In this document: positions 23,162-41,648 of the stretch, one piece after another
Layout of the letters: the number at the start of each line of letters is the position of its first letter
Numbering within the stretch: position 1 is the stretch's first letter
Assembly: GCF_009914755.1 (NCBI RefSeq)
Contig: NC_060941.1
Source of the DNA: the human T2T-CHM13v2.0 reference genome, Homo sapiens
Length of the DNA stretch: 64,000 bases
Reading direction: 5' to 3' (one strand)
Notes under the pieces: generated by a model
Seen by the model: only the letters and a program-made list of their open reading frames with translations
What the model was told of the DNA's origin: nothing
Database searches by the model: none
Program-made: the position numbers and the translations under genes

Positions 23162-26100
23162 TTATCCATTCATTCGTTGACGGACACTTAGGCGAGTTCC
23201 GTACCTTGATTGCAGTGACTAATGCTGCCCTAATGGCATTTCATTGGAAATGAACTATTACAGGAGGGTTTTTGAAGTGGCTTATGATCCAGAAAAGGAA
23301 TCTTCCAATACCTCTGTGCCCCAAAACCTTGGGTAAAATACCAACAGTGCAGTTGGTCTAAAAGGCACCACTTAAATTGCGTTGCAGATGACGTTGCTAA
23401 GGATGGCTTTCTGGTCTCCTGGTTCTGGGCAGCTCCCTGCACTGCTGGTTTCAGTCATGTTGCAAGGAGAGTATTAGCAACTCAGTAGTGATGAGGTTTA
23501 GTGGACATTTTATTTAACGTTCTGTCAAATAGGCCAAATGAAATGTTACATATGAAAAGAGCCTATATTCTGATTTCTGCCTGGGGATGTAAACATTAGC
23601 TTGCATGATGCCTGGAAGCCCCGGAACCTGAGCTCCCAACCACCTGCCAGCTGCTGGCTGCCCCTCCCTCCCTCCTCTCCACCCCCCTCAGCCTCCTCTT
23701 CCTCCTCCCATCCTTCCTTCCCTTCCCGCCTTCCCCCAGCGCCCCATGAAGCTAGTTTTAGAATGGCTTTTTGGAGCAGTTATGTTATAAGGATTGGCAG
23801 CTCATGAGTTTAATATTCTTATGGGTCTTCCAAAGTGCAAAGAGAACACAAAGTTACTTTTGCTTTTGTAATAGAGTAAAACGCATCCTATCCTGACCTA
23901 AGATGCACAAATCAACCCATCTTGTCAGGCAGATAAACTTCTCATAAACCTGTAAAACATATGACTTATGTATCCCAGTGGTCTTATCTTTCCTATCATG
24001 AGATGTCTGCTAGTCCATCATCCTGGAATTATCCATGGAATTATCACCCATCCATGGCTCCCAGCTATGCCACAGTGACTGCAATCCTAAGATTGGGCAT
24101 CCGGAAGGATGGCCCAACACCGTGCCACCCTGCAGCTTTGCCGCAAGCTGCCCTGGGTCCTGCATCCTCTTCGAGGTGGAATGAGAACACAGCCGAGAGC
24201 TCAGGATCTTCCAACTGCTGCCCACAGTGGCAAAAAGAAACCTGGTGGGAGAAGATGAGTCAGACGGAGCCAGGAGCCCGCGGCCGGTGACGCCAGCGGT
24301 GGGGGAACACAATGTCCTGTGGGTGATCGGTGAGCGAGCGGACGGTGGATTTCTCCTGCAGTCGGTGGCAGGAAGGATGTCATCACGCGCTATTTTGTGA
24401 CCAGCCCCTGGACCACAACTCACGTGAGCAGAAGGGCTTTCTTCTTTGCTTAAGATGTCTGTGCTTGCAAACTTACTGGCCACAGGTACAAGGAGGTTTT
24501 CTTTGCTTATGTTCATATTAAACATGTTAATAAAGGTTTTTCTTATTGTCCTTGTTTTTACATTTATAAATTACTCATAAGCTGACGAAACAGAAAACAG
24601 AGACTCATCTCCGGTTCCCGGTACAGTGAGGTGAGAGCTGCTGTGCTGGGTGCGGGAAGCGCCTGGCCCCAGGTTCCTCCTGGACGGAGGCCAGAAGGGC
24701 TGAGCAAGAGCCAGCGAGGCTGGGGAGGAGGAGGAGGCGCTGGAACAGGAACGGCCGGCCGGGAGGGGCGAGGCTGGGGGACAGTCACGCAGGGCTGAGG
24801 CGGGCGTGTGGTGCGGGAGCGTGTGTGTGCAGGAAGCTTGTGTGCGTGCGTGTGGGGAGCGGGTCTGGTGAGGGCGCACTTGGGCCTGAGCCCCTTCCGG
24901 CCCCTCGTGTTTGCTGGAGGCTGCGTGTGCTGTGTCCCCACCCCAGATGCTTGCCCTGAGGGGCAGGTTTCCATCCAACACCCCGATTGTCTCCTTCAGT
25001 AAACCCCCGGCACCGTCTACCCGGAAGTTGTGGGCTGGGAGGGATGACATGCCCTGGGGACTGTGAGCAGTGGAACCCACGTCATTGCAAGGAAATGATC
25101 ACACAAACACCAGCTCGGCAGAGTGGAACCTTTGCCAAACCTCAGAGCTGCAGCGAGCGGCTGGGCAACCTTCCTGAGGACGGCGCCCCCTCGCCCAGCT
25201 CCAAGCTCCTCCCTGTCCCCACAGGATATCCCTGGACCTGGCGGGTCACTCTAGCCAGAGCAGCCTTCCACAGTCCTCCAGGGTCAGAGCTACAGTTGAG
25301 GACCCTGTAGGTGGTAGAGGTGCCCGGGGCCGGGCTCTGGGGCTGGCAGAGGCAATGTCAGCGCCTGCCACCTGCGATGTGGCCAGGGAACTTGGGGCTG
25401 AGCAAGGGCACAGAGGGGAGAGTGTGGCATGAGGGAGAGGCGGGACCCCGCAGAGGCTCCCACACCTTCCAAGGCAGCAGAGGAGAAGGGGAGGCTGCCA
25501 ACAGCCAGACCAGGGCTCCAGGGGGGCGGCAGGGGGCCCAGGGAGCTCCGGGAAATGGGACAGCCACTGTCCACCTGCAGAACGCTGGCTTAAGCCTTGC
25601 AGACGGGCCCAGTGGGCAGGGTCGTGATTTTCACTCCCGAAGGGCCTGGGGTGACAAGCCGGAGGTCTGGGAGATGGGACTGGAGACCGTGTTCAGAAGG
25701 AGGAGCTCTCCACTCTGTTGGCAAAAGCCCTGGAGCTCCAGGCATCCACAGTGACCGAATGTTGGTAAAGTCCCAGAGGACGGGACCCAGGGCATGCCCC
25801 TCACTGGACGGTGGCCTCGGGCCCTGCAGGGAGTTGAATGTGGGGTCATGAAGATGTCAGAATTGCGTCTGAAGATGTCAGAATTGCATCTGAGGAGGCA
25901 GGTGGGCACACGTGATGCAGGGACACGCCATGCACCAGGGTGGGTTCAGAGCAGCAGAAGCTCTAGGGGGCACCTACAGGTTTCTATAAAATGGGGGATT
26001 TAAGGGGCCTTGGCCTTCTGCGACTGTGGGGCTGGCTGAGGAGCATCTGGGAAGCCACGTGGGAGCTGGAGGTCACAGGGCAGGCCGGCGGGAGGGCAGC

Positions 26101-26459
26101 GGGGCAGGGATTTGGGCCCCATCTCCAACACTGAGCCTGGGCCGGGCACATAAAGTCCCCACAATTGCTGTGGAAAGAACCAAGTGAATGCCTAACTTCC
26201 TGCCAGCCTTCCAGGAGTAACTCAGTAAAACAAAACCAACCAACCAACAAACCCAGAAGAGGCCCGAGGTCCATGGTAAAAATTCAAGAGGTGGAAGGGG
26301 CTGGACTATGGGACCAAGGTCAGGTCTTTCTCCTTCGCGGGACCAATGGGTGGCCAGGCTCTGAGGCTGCGAGGTCCCCGACACGGTGAGGGGCACGCCT
26401 GAGTCCCGGCCTCTGCATCTCCTCAGGCACCTCCCACTTTTCTGGTGGGTTGCTATTTT

Positions 26460-26461
26460 CC

Positions 26462-26494
<33 letters not shown>

Positions 26495-27427
26495 GAGGCG
26501 GAGTCTCACTCTGCCACACAGGCTGGAGTGCAGTGGTGCGATCTCAGCTCGCTGCAACCTCTGCCTCCTGGGTTCAAGCAATTCTCCTTGCCTCAGCCTC
26601 CTGAGTAGCTGGGATTACAGGCACTTGCCACCACGCCCAGTGAATTTTTGTATTTTTAGTAGAGACGGGGTTTCGCCATGTTGGCCAGGCTGGTCTTGAA
26701 CCTCGGCCTCCCACAGTGCTGGGGTTACAGGCTGAGTCCTGCGCTGGCCAGGTTGCTATTCTCTTCTTGTGTTGTGTGCATTCCTCTTCTATTCTGTGAA
26801 CAAAACCTGGTGCAGGAGACCGTCTGTGTTCCCAAGCTGTCGCCAATACTGGACTACGGATTTTTGAAGCTTACAATTTCATGGGTGCAAATTGCACTTT
26901 GCATTTCTGTAACAGTGAGTGCAGTTGGGCATTTTCACATGTATCTAAGCTGTTATCTTGTTTGAGACCGGACCGTGCATTCTTCTCTTCCTTACTGGCT
27001 TCGGGACCTCTCTGTGTGCTGAGAAGATGGGCTGCTTGCCCACTGTCCCCTGAAGTTCCACACACCGCTGACTTTGGGGTGTGAGCCCTGCTGCTCCCAA
27101 CAAACCCCAGCTCTCAGGCTGGCTCTTAAAGTCCCATACTCTGGGCCGGGTACGGTGGCTCACACCTGTAATCCCACTTTGGGAGGCCGAGGCAGGCGGA
27201 CCACGAGGTCAGATCAAGACCATCCTGGCCGACGTGGTGAAACCCTGTCTCTACTAAAAATACAAAATGTAGCTGGGTGTGGTGGCGCGTGCCTGTAATC
27301 CCAGCTACTCGGAAGGCTGAGGCAGGAGACTCGCTTGAACCAGGGAGTCAGAGGTTTCAGTGAGCTGAGATCATGCCATTGCAGTCCAGCCTGGCGACAG
27401 AGCGAGACTCCATCTCAAAAAAAAAAC
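26460..27427. mobile_element. Antisense Alu (~26460-26750) and sense Alu (~27144-27427)
   Basis: Alu consensus motifs with TSDs GGTTGCTATT and TCCCATACTCTGGGC. Confidence 0.85.
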
Positions 27428-28037
27428 AAATCCCATACTCTGGGCTTCCTAACCCTGGACTCTCCCCAAAGCATGCAGAACGTGTGGGATGTACATTTCT
27501 CTGTGAGAGGGCGACAGCCCTGGGGGGACCTTCCCATTGGTCCATGACTGCCCAGCCGACTGGGAATTCACCTTGAGGTGCCCTGGCGGGGAGGGGGGCT
27601 CCATCTCTTGTCAAAAGTCTCTGCTACCTCTGGGCCTCAGTTTCCCCACCTGTTAGCCCAACTCCCTTCCAGGCCAGGAAGCGCTGGCAGGCGGTCTCCC
27701 ACCCACGCCCCGTCCCGCCACCAGAGGGCAGGCAGTCCTTCTCGGCTGGGGCCAGCCCGGCGCAGCTGGCATTTCTCCTGCAGGATGCCATGGCCCACCG
27801 AGCTGGGAGGCCACATGCTGGAGCCGCCTGCGGGCAGTAGAGGCCTCAGAGGCAGGCCCAACCCGGGTCAGGGCAGGCCGGGGCTGGCCCAGAAGATTTC
27901 AGCAGAGAGGAGGGGTTCCAGATGGGCCTCGGGGGAGGTGTGCAGGGCGTGTGTGAAGAAAGCTGCCCCCTGGGACTCTCTCTTGCCCCCGGACGTGGAG
28001 AAGCCTCAGGCCCCACAAACCCAGATGTACCCAGAAA

Positions 28038-28111
28038 GGAGGTCCGGGTGGCACTGAGGTGCCAGGCTGATGGGGGAGGTCCGGGTGGCACTGAGGTGCC
28101 AGGCTGATGGG
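28038..28111. repeat. 37-bp tandem duplication with internal hairpin TGGCAC-TGAG-GTGCCA
   Basis: GGAGGTCCGGGTGGCACTGAGGTGCCAGGCTGATGGG twice. Confidence 0.9.
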
Positions 28112-31100
28112 CCGAGGTGGGGAAAGGGCCAGGAGGGGTGAGCTGGGCAGGAGGGGGACCACTGAAGTGCATCCCTGGGGACCCCAGGCCACAGTGCCCT
28201 GGATGGCTGGGTGGGCAGTCGGGTTCAGCCCAGACACCAGGGAGCAGGGCCGGAGGGCACAGCAGCGCAGGCTGAGCTGAGGGCTCTCCCTGGGAGGAGG
28301 GAGAAGGTGACGCGGGCTTTCTCATCAGGGTGTTGAGGGCAGGGGCAGGGGTGGCTCATGATGGTGGGAAAGGGGCAGGGGCCTTGGAGCCCTGGGTTGG
28401 TGTGGAGAGAGGGCCCAGGCAGGGGTCCCAGCGTGCTTGAAAGCCAGCCCTGGGGTGCACACAATGTCCTTCCTGGCAGCTATGGGGACAATGTGACTGG
28501 CCACTTCGTCCGTCTTAAGGCCCCCCACTGTGCTGTCTCAAGGCCCCCCGCATGGAGTTTGGTGACCAGGACCAGGGGGTGCATGTCCTTGCTGGGGCCC
28601 CAGAGCTGGTCCCGGAGATGGCAGGAGTGCAGGGGCTTCTGGGGTGGACCCCTGCTCTCTGGCCCATGGTCCCCTAGCCCGGCAAGTGACAGCCCTCAGC
28701 AGGGAGGTTGGGGCCCACGGAGCTGGGAGAGCAGCAGGGGGCCTGTGCAGACTAGCCCGGTCCCCAGCCACCACCCCCAGGTGTGGGAAAGGCAGGCGCC
28801 TGGGGGATCTGAGGTTTCGGTCCTGCCCCGCTGAGGGTGTGGGAGGAACGGTAGAGGACTCTGAGGGTCAAGGCGGTCTCTCCTGGGAGTGCCAGGGAGG
28901 GCCTGTATCCTCTCACATCTGGGTGAGAAGGGGGCTACCCCACACGCCCTGTACTCCCTTTGCAGTCCTCTGTCTCCCCCACAGGGACCCCAGTTTCTGG
29001 GCCCCCCCTCACTGCTCTTCCTGGACCCCTCTTGTCTTCAAGGAGGGGTTGGGTGGGGCTGGCTCGCTGGGAAGCTAAGCAGCAGCTGGCACTGGGCCTC
29101 CGCTGCAGGTAGGAAGTGGTGTCTGCGCTGGTGGGAACGCGGTTTACCCGCCCACACAGGCTGCTCGGCCCTTTCTCCGAGTGTGAGGTGTGCTTGGGGA
29201 GGCCGGCGGCCGAGTGGCCAGGCCCAAGGCCTTAAAGAGAAGTGGGTCTCTTCGGCTTCCCAGGCTGGGACTTTGAAGACCAGAAAACGTGAAATTAGGA
29301 CCCGCCACAAGGAGAGGGAGTTGGAAAAGCCCAGGTCCCTTTGCAGATCACCCCCTTGTACTGAGGTTTCTGAAGCTCGGGGTGAGGGCGGATGCAGGGA
29401 GCGGGGCAGCCTGGTCCCAGAGCCCGGGGTCTCAGCCAGGCAGGATCGGCAGTGACCATCTCCTGGTGCCGCCCCGGGACCTGGCTGCCAGCTGCTGCTC
29501 CTGGGAGGGAGACTGGGGAGGGTGAGGGGATGCAGCCCCCGACCTGAGCAAAACCACTTCCATGGGGCTTGGGGCCCCTCCCCAGAGAAGCCCTCTTCCA
29601 AGTCACCACCAGCGTACGGACCCAGGAGGCCTGAGGCAGGCGGGGCGTCCTCCGTCTGGGTGACCCTCTCCCGGCCTGCATTATGGGGCTGGGAGCGGCT
29701 GGGCCCAAAGCTGAAGGCGGTCTTTCGGGTGCTGAGCCTTTAGCAGGGCTGGGAAGTTCCATCCTTCATGACAGAGGCCGTCAGGGGCTGCTGGGGTAGA
29801 AACCCAGGCAGGGGTCTTATTAGGACAGGCAGTCCTGTCATGGATGGAGGAGTCCCAGGTAGCTAGGGCGCCTGCTGGAGGCCCCAGGCCAGGGGTGGGC
29901 GGTGGTTTGGAGCCCTGCTCCGGGGGTGAATTCTGTGGCAGAAGAGAGACAGAGGCAGGATGCCGCCTCCGCGACCACTGTGAGAATCAGGGAGCTCAGC
30001 CCCCAGCGGTCAGCCCCGGCCCGAGTCTCAGCTTGAGCTTGCTGAGCAGCTGGGGGCGTGGGTCTGGCCGGCTCCGCACCTCTACACCGCGGCTTTCCCT
30101 CCATGGCCACGGATGGCCAGGCACTCCAGCCTTGGAGCCAGGCCTTCTGCTCCAGCCTCTGGGAGCCATTTCCCAAATCCCACAGCAGCCCCCAGTCTGT
30201 GGGTAAGGAAGGAAAGGGGCAGCTGTGTGGCCAGCACCCACAGCGTCCTCACCCTCCCCCGGTTTCTGGCATCTTCCTCCGTGGTCTAGGGCGGACTTTG
30301 ATCTTCAACTCAGGAAGCACCAAGAGTTCGTGCACAGGACGGCGCAGGCTGTTGCCCCAGAAGCTAGGGGAGGGGTACCCACTGTGTGGTCTCACGGTGT
30401 GGAGCACCTGGGGTAGGCAGGCTGAGCGTGGGAACGGCCCTGGCCATTTGCGGTGGCCCTGGCCTCTGGTGCCTGTGTCCCTGTGTCGGGGGGCACCGCG
30501 TCCTGTGGGTCTTTGCACCGCACTGAGCCCCTCCTCCACCCTGCACAGCTTCTGAAGAGCTCATCCAGCTGTGGCCACAGGCCCTGGTGGCGACTCCCCA
30601 CTTCTGTGGGGCAGGGGAGGTTGAGGTCTCTCCGGAGGGGACCTCTCCTTCTCCATCATTGTTACCTGGGGCAGGCGAGTGCCCTTCAGACCTCGCTGTC
30701 CTGACCGGGGCCACCTCCTCCTGGCTCAGGCTTGGTTTTATTCAAGGAGAGGCTGGGTCTCCCTGGCTCCCTGTGAGCCCAAGAAGATTAAATGCATTAA
30801 ACAATGGGGTGAAGCTGATGGCTTGAACCTGAGGGAGAGGCGGATGTGCTCGGGGGGCACCTGAGGAGCCCCAGGCCCAGGGGTGTCTCCAAGCAGGCCA
30901 GCCACCTGCCACAGCCTGGAGACCGGGAGGCTCGAGGGTCCCGGAGGCTGCCCACCGGATGCAGGGCAGCTTGAGAGTCTCAGCGGGACAGCAGCTCCCG
31001 GCCCGGCGGCCGCCCATCAGTCAGCCCACCCCACTGTCCTTCACCACTCCAGCAAGTGGAGGGGCTGAGGGGGCCCCTGGGGCTGGGGGTGGGAAGGAGA

Positions 31101-32429
31101 AGGAGCCCTGGGGGAGAGGGGCTTGTCGGGCGAGAGAAGGGGAGGGGAGTGGAGGGGAGGCGAGGAAGGGAGGAGAGAGGAGCAGATGCGACCTGGCCCT
31201 GTCACGGGGAGGCTAGGGCCCCTCTACAAGGCTCCCGCCCTTCTTCCAGCTGCCCTCTGAGGCCCTCTGGCCTCTGAGCACCAAGAGCCCCAGGCTCCCC
31301 GCCTCCAGGCTGCTGGGTTCTGGCCGACCCACCCTGGTGGGAGCCGACTCATGTTCTCCCTGCTGACTCTGCGAGCCTGGAGGTGGCCCGGCCCCATCCA
31401 TCCCCTCCCCTCCCCCTGCTCCCCACCCCTCCGCTCCTTGCCCCCTTATCTCCTTCCCTCTCCCTCCTCCCTTCCTCTCTTCCCCATGTCCAACGCCAGC
31501 TCCCGGGCCCCACTCCAGCTGCCCAGGCCACAGTGATTCCCTGTCCTGTCTTCTGAGGCCATTTTCCCAACAGCATTGGCTGAGGCAGGAGGATCACTTG
31601 AGCCCAGGAGGTGGAGGCTGCAGTGAGCTGTGATCGCGCCACTGCGCTCCAGCCCAGGCAACAGAAAGAGACCCTGTCTCAAAAAAAAAAAAAAAGAAAA
31701 GAAAAAGAAAAAGAAAAAGTTGACTGAGTGTAAAAGTCACTTATTCTGAGGAACAAGAACCTACTCCTGGCTCCAGCTTTGCTCCTAACCTGGCATTTGG
31801 TTTTGAGGATGTTACTCAGGCCCGGAGCTCCCATTGCCACTCAACTGGGCATCCTCGTGCCTGGGGAGGCCCAGCACTGGCTCTAGGGAAAACGGGACAT
31901 GTGGAAGGCTGGGGGCTGGAAATTCCTGCCATGGGGCTCGGGGGTGGTCTCAGTCCTGCCCCTGAGTTCCCGGTCGACCCTTGGAGAAGCTGCGGCAGAT
32001 GGGATCTCTGACATGGGATCCGTGCTGGCGCCCTCCCTCCTGCAACACAGAACTAACAACCCCACCTTCAGGGCCTTTGATGCTGCGCACACACCACCGG
32101 CTCCGCGAGGCAGCCTGTCTGGCTGGACCTCGCTGAGGCCTGTTCACCCTGAAGCACCTGACCACAGACCTCAGCCCTCTTAAGGCCCTGGAGGGGGCCT
32201 GGCAATGTCCTCACCCGGCTGGGGTTGTATACAATTTGCTCAAGCTGTTTTGACAGCAGTTGGTCCAGACTGCCGTCTCCTCTGGCATCAGGTGCCCGGA
32301 GCAGTTCTGGGGCCCAGCTGAGGGACACTGAGCTGGGGTGTTTAGCTGGGCTTAGCTTAGTGGGGTATGTTGATGGCTGTGCAGTTGCTCCGAGACTGAG
32401 GATGTTGTTTCCAGCTGTCTGAGAGAGGG

Positions 32430-32735
32430 ATGTTGCCCTGGATTGAATGGTGTCCCCTGAAATCCGTGTCCGCCTGGAACCTCTGAACAGGGCCTTATTT
32501 GGAGACAGGGTCTTGGCAGATGTCATCCAGTTGAGGTTACTGGATGGCCCTGAATCCCACGCGGCTGGTGTCCTGATGTGAAGAGAGAAACCACAGGCCT
32601 GGGAGAAGGCCACGTGACGATGGAGGCAGAGACTGGAGCGGCGCAGGCACAAGCCGGGAACGCCAGGGCCGCCGGCAGCCCCAGGAGCTGGGAGAGGCCT
32701 GGAGCCCGTTCTCCCTCAGAGCCTCTGGAGGGAAA
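32430..32735 (+). mobile_element. MLT1-family LTR fragment
   Basis: GATTGAATGGTGTCCCC...CCTTATTTGGAGACAGGGTCTTGGCAGATGT...TTCTCCCTCAGAGCCTCTGGAGGGAA. Confidence 0.7.
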
Positions 32736-32979
32736 CAAATGATGTCACGACACTGTGGCCACCTGAAGAGGCGGCCAGAGAGCAGGCAGCAAGACGAAGC
32801 AGCAAAAATACAAGTGATCCACTCTGCTGAGTGACTGCTCCCCCCGACCCTCTGCGCTGCCCTGCATGCGGGCTTCCGTTACCACACCGTGTGTGAGCCC
32901 CCAGAGGCAGCTTCCTGCCTGTCTGTGTGGTCAAGTATGGTTATCTTTGGGTGTGGAGGAATTAAGAATTTTTATTCTC

Positions 32980-36480
<3,501 letters not shown>

Positions 36481-37041
36481 GGAGCTTAGCTTTAAGAGCT
36501 TGCAGTAGGGGCTCAATGGCCACCCTCGGGCTTTGGGGTGAGGGGTGAATGCTCCACACTGGGGGTTTCCACCACTCCCCAAAGCACGGGGCTGCCCTGG
36601 GCTGGTGCTTACTCTGTTTCTCGAAGTCTGAAAGGTTTCCCCTCATGGTCAAGGGCTTTACTTTCTGTGTCCTGTGGTGTCCAGCCAAGCCTGTACAGTT
36701 GGGGAGCGTTTGCTCTGACAAGTATTGTCTTGTCCCCATTTTACGAATAAGAAAACCAAGCCCGGAGAGGCTCAGTCCTGGAAATAGACGGTGGGGGAAA
36801 CAGGACTCAGGCAGAGTGCATGCTCTTTGTCACGAGAATTCGACCGGTGTGCACATTGACCCGACACGCCCAGGACACAGCATGCTCAGTCAGGGGCCCT
36901 CTACACCTGAGCCTGGGTGGGGGTGGGGACACACTATGAAGGACCCTCCCTGTCCTCCAGGTCCTTTCAGTCTGGCTGTGGACAGAGAAGTGGAGAGACG
37001 ATTATGGGCATTGAGATGAGCGGTGGAGGCTGGATGGAATC

Positions 37042-37277
37042 AGGAGGAGGGGAGGAGAATCTTGGGGAGCACGGGCCTGAGCACAAAGGGGATTAAGGAA
37101 GAGGAGGACCTCGGGGAGCACGGTTCTGAGCATGGAGGAGATGAGGAGGGGAGGAGGACCTTGCGGAGCACGGCCCCAAGCATGAAGGGGATTAAGGGAG
37201 AGGAAGATCTCAGGGAGCACAGCCCTGAGCACGGAGAGGATTAAGGGAGAGGAGAAGGACCTTGGGGAGCACAGCCT
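37042..37277. repeat. Degenerate ~50-bp minisatellite, about 4.5 copies
   Basis: Recurrent GAGGAGGACCTYGGGGAGCACGGCCCTGAGCAYGRAGGGGATTAAGG. Confidence 0.8.
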
Positions 37278-38149
37278 GTCCCTGCATGGCCTCTGGTCCC
37301 TGGGGTGGGGTCAGGCTGCCGGGGATGCCTCAGATGACAGGAGCTCTGCCGATGGGCTCGTGGTGCTCTCTGCTTATCAGGGACAAGAGGACAGGGGACG
37401 TGGAGACAGCACTCTGGTGGGAGCTGAGGGTCAGGGTGTGGGCAGGTTGGCCAGCACGGCCTGGAAAGCACAGTCCTGCCGTTGAGGAGAGCACAAACCC
37501 ACCTCCCTCATTTACAGATGGCAAAGGAAGGCCCAGAAGGGCAGTGACTTGTCCAAGGCCACCGGGCTGTCTCTCGTATTGGCGGAGGTCCCCTGTGTGG
37601 AGCGCCTGGGTTCTTGGAACCTCGAGCCCCAGCCCCTTATCCCTGCGTCCCCTTAGCTTTTCCCTGGTCACTGTCTGGGTCCCACCCGTCAGTGCTGGAC
37701 GCACGGGAACCAGCATGAGCCGGGCGGGCACGCAGCTGCTGGTGAACAGGTCCCAGGGGCTCCCCACATGCGGGTACCTTAGTGACTTATCCATGTTTAC
37801 AGAAGAGTTTGGTGGTCTCCTGGTGCCGAGGGCCCGAGCATCAGGTTCAGCGAGAGCAGCAGCGGCCGTGGACACCGCAGAGGCCACCATGAGGGCCTGG
37901 GGACAGTGTGACACTGCTGACTGCAGCCCTGGGAACCCGTGAGAACTGGGGGAGCGTGTCCTGGAATGCCAAGCCCGTCGTGGCTGGCGACTCCCTGCCC
38001 CGGCTAACACGCCATTGTCAAATACAAGTCCTGAGAAAGTACGAGAAAGAAGGAACTAAACCCACAGCTCATCACCCAGAGAGAACCGTTGTTAGCACCT
38101 CGTAAGTCTATTCCATTATTTCAGTCATGCAGAAATAAACATACATACA

Positions 38150-38520
38150 GGTGTAGCCATGCTCAGCATAAAGATGTTTTGGTCAGCCGGGAGCAGTGGC
38201 TCACGCCTGGGGTCCCAGCACTTTGGGAGGCCGAGGCGGGTGGATCACAAGGTCAGCAGATCGAGACCATCCCAGCTAACACGGTGAAACCCCGTCTCTA
38301 CTAAAAATACAAAAAAAAAAAAAAAGACGTTTTGGTCAACGACGGGTGGCACATGCCACGGTGGTCCCATACGATGACAGCAGCTCCACCAGGAAGCCTG
38401 GGTGTGCCCTGGGCTCTAAGTCTAGGTCACGCAAGCACACTCGGTGACAGTCACACAATGATGACACTGCCTAGCGATGCGTTTCTCAGAATGCATCCCT
38501 GTAAGCAACACGTCCACCAT
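38150..38520 (+). mobile_element. Tigger3-like DNA transposon remnant interrupted by a left-arm-only Alu (38186-38325)
   Basis: GTTTTGGTCAACGACGG...CGGTGGTCCCATA and TGCCTAGCGATGCGTTTCTCAGAATGCATCCC. Confidence 0.6.
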
Positions 38521-38649
38521 CTATATTGTAACAAATGTGCCTCATACGTCTATTCTGCAGCCGTCTGTGTGGCTTCACGGGGTCGTGTGAAGGTCCTAGG
38601 GTGAAGTCACAGATTTTTCCATGGTGCCCTTTTATTTTTTAAGTATTAT

Positions 38650-40221
<1,572 letters not shown>

Positions 40222-41642
40222 TAGTTGGTGTTTTCTTCCCATGGATTGATACGGCTGTGTATGAATTAAACATACTAACCTTTGATTTGTAATTTACTTG
40301 TCAAATATTTCACCCTGATTTGTAGACGTTTGTTGTTTATTTTTGTTTGTAGTGTTTTTATAGAGTTTAATAGTTCCCACTGTGCAGTTGATTGTATTAG
40401 TTTTTTGTCTCTGTGACCTCGATGGATGATTTGATGGTGACTGCGGTCAGGGGCTCCGGAGCCTCTGGGTCTGCAGCTGTCTTCTCAGCCAGGCACTCTC
40501 TCGTACTGACGGGGGTCCTCCGTGTGCAGGGCCGAGGAAACCACCGTGGCCAAAGTGGACCACCAGCTGAGCGTGGCTGGGATGCTAGCAGCCCCCAACC
40601 CTGCCGGCCTGGGATGACGGCGGCCTGGGATGACGGCAGCCTGGGGAGAGAGGGCACTCTGATTTCTCCTCCTGACGGTGGGCCTGGATGGGCTGGAGAG
40701 GACTTGGGCCTCGGCCCAGAAGCTACTCCAGGTGTCACAGAGACCACATTCAAGGTTGGAGGCCGCCCCAGGCTGCCCATGTGAAGCTAGGGGTGCTGAC
40801 CAGAGGCCGGCTCCTGGACGTGAGTCCTGGACACCAGGACAGTGGCCTAGAGCCTGCACAGAGGCAGCTGGATGAGGCTGTGGGGCGCGTCCTGCACAAG
40901 GAGGACCCCGGGTTAACGCGCCAGTGCGGCAGGAGGAAGGGCTTGAGGTGTGGGTGTGGGGTGAGTGAGGGGCAGGTGTGAGGGGTGGGTGAGGAGCCTG
41001 CACATAAGGCCCCGCCTTTGCTCCCCACCTGTGTCGCAGGAGGCAATGAAGTGCAGTGTGTGGCGCCCTAGCGGCTCCCCAGGCAGTGGCTGAGGGCCAG
41101 TGCCTCTGTTTCCCCCGGGAATGGGCGAATGGTGGCTCCTGTCCCCACGTGCAGCATGGGAGCTGCGCTGGCTGGGGAAGGTCTGGAGAGTCCAGCTGGG
41201 TCTCCCCCGGGGCCTCTGAGAACGAGGAGGAGGCACCTTGTAAGACGGGGCAGGGAGGGGAAGCGCTCAGGCTGCTGAGTGAGGCAGCCTTGTGCTCAGC
41301 TTGCTGGTCCCGGTGTGCCCTGGGGTCGGCCTCGGAGGCCTCGGGAGGCGGTGTCGCTGGAGTGGGGGTCGGGGGCATGGGGGGCCATCCTGAGGCTCCT
41401 GAAGGGCCCCTGGGTCTGGCCTCCACCTGGACAGGTGGATGTGCTTCTTCTCAAGGGTGGGAGGCCCCCAGGGCTCCTTTCAGGGCTGGGGTGAGGAAGT
41501 GCTCCCTTCCCCACCTTCAAGGCCACAGCTGCAGAGCCCCAGGCGGAGGCTTGGGGAGGGTCCGAAGTGTCAGCCATCTCCCTCCCTGGCTCCTGCTGGC
41601 TGAGGAATAAATGCAGAAGTCAGAAAAGGAAGCACAGAAGCC

Positions 41643-41648
41643 TTTATT
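41643..41648 (-). terminator. CD7: CD7 poly(A) signal
   Basis: AATAAA on the minus strand, about 430 nt past the stop codon. Confidence 0.85.

Noticed and set aside
23961-24290. 109 aa ATG-initiated ORF in unique sequence, followed by AATAAA near 24529
   Set aside because: No recognisable homology, poor Kozak context and no clear promoter. It cannot be supported without Ribo-seq or conservation data.
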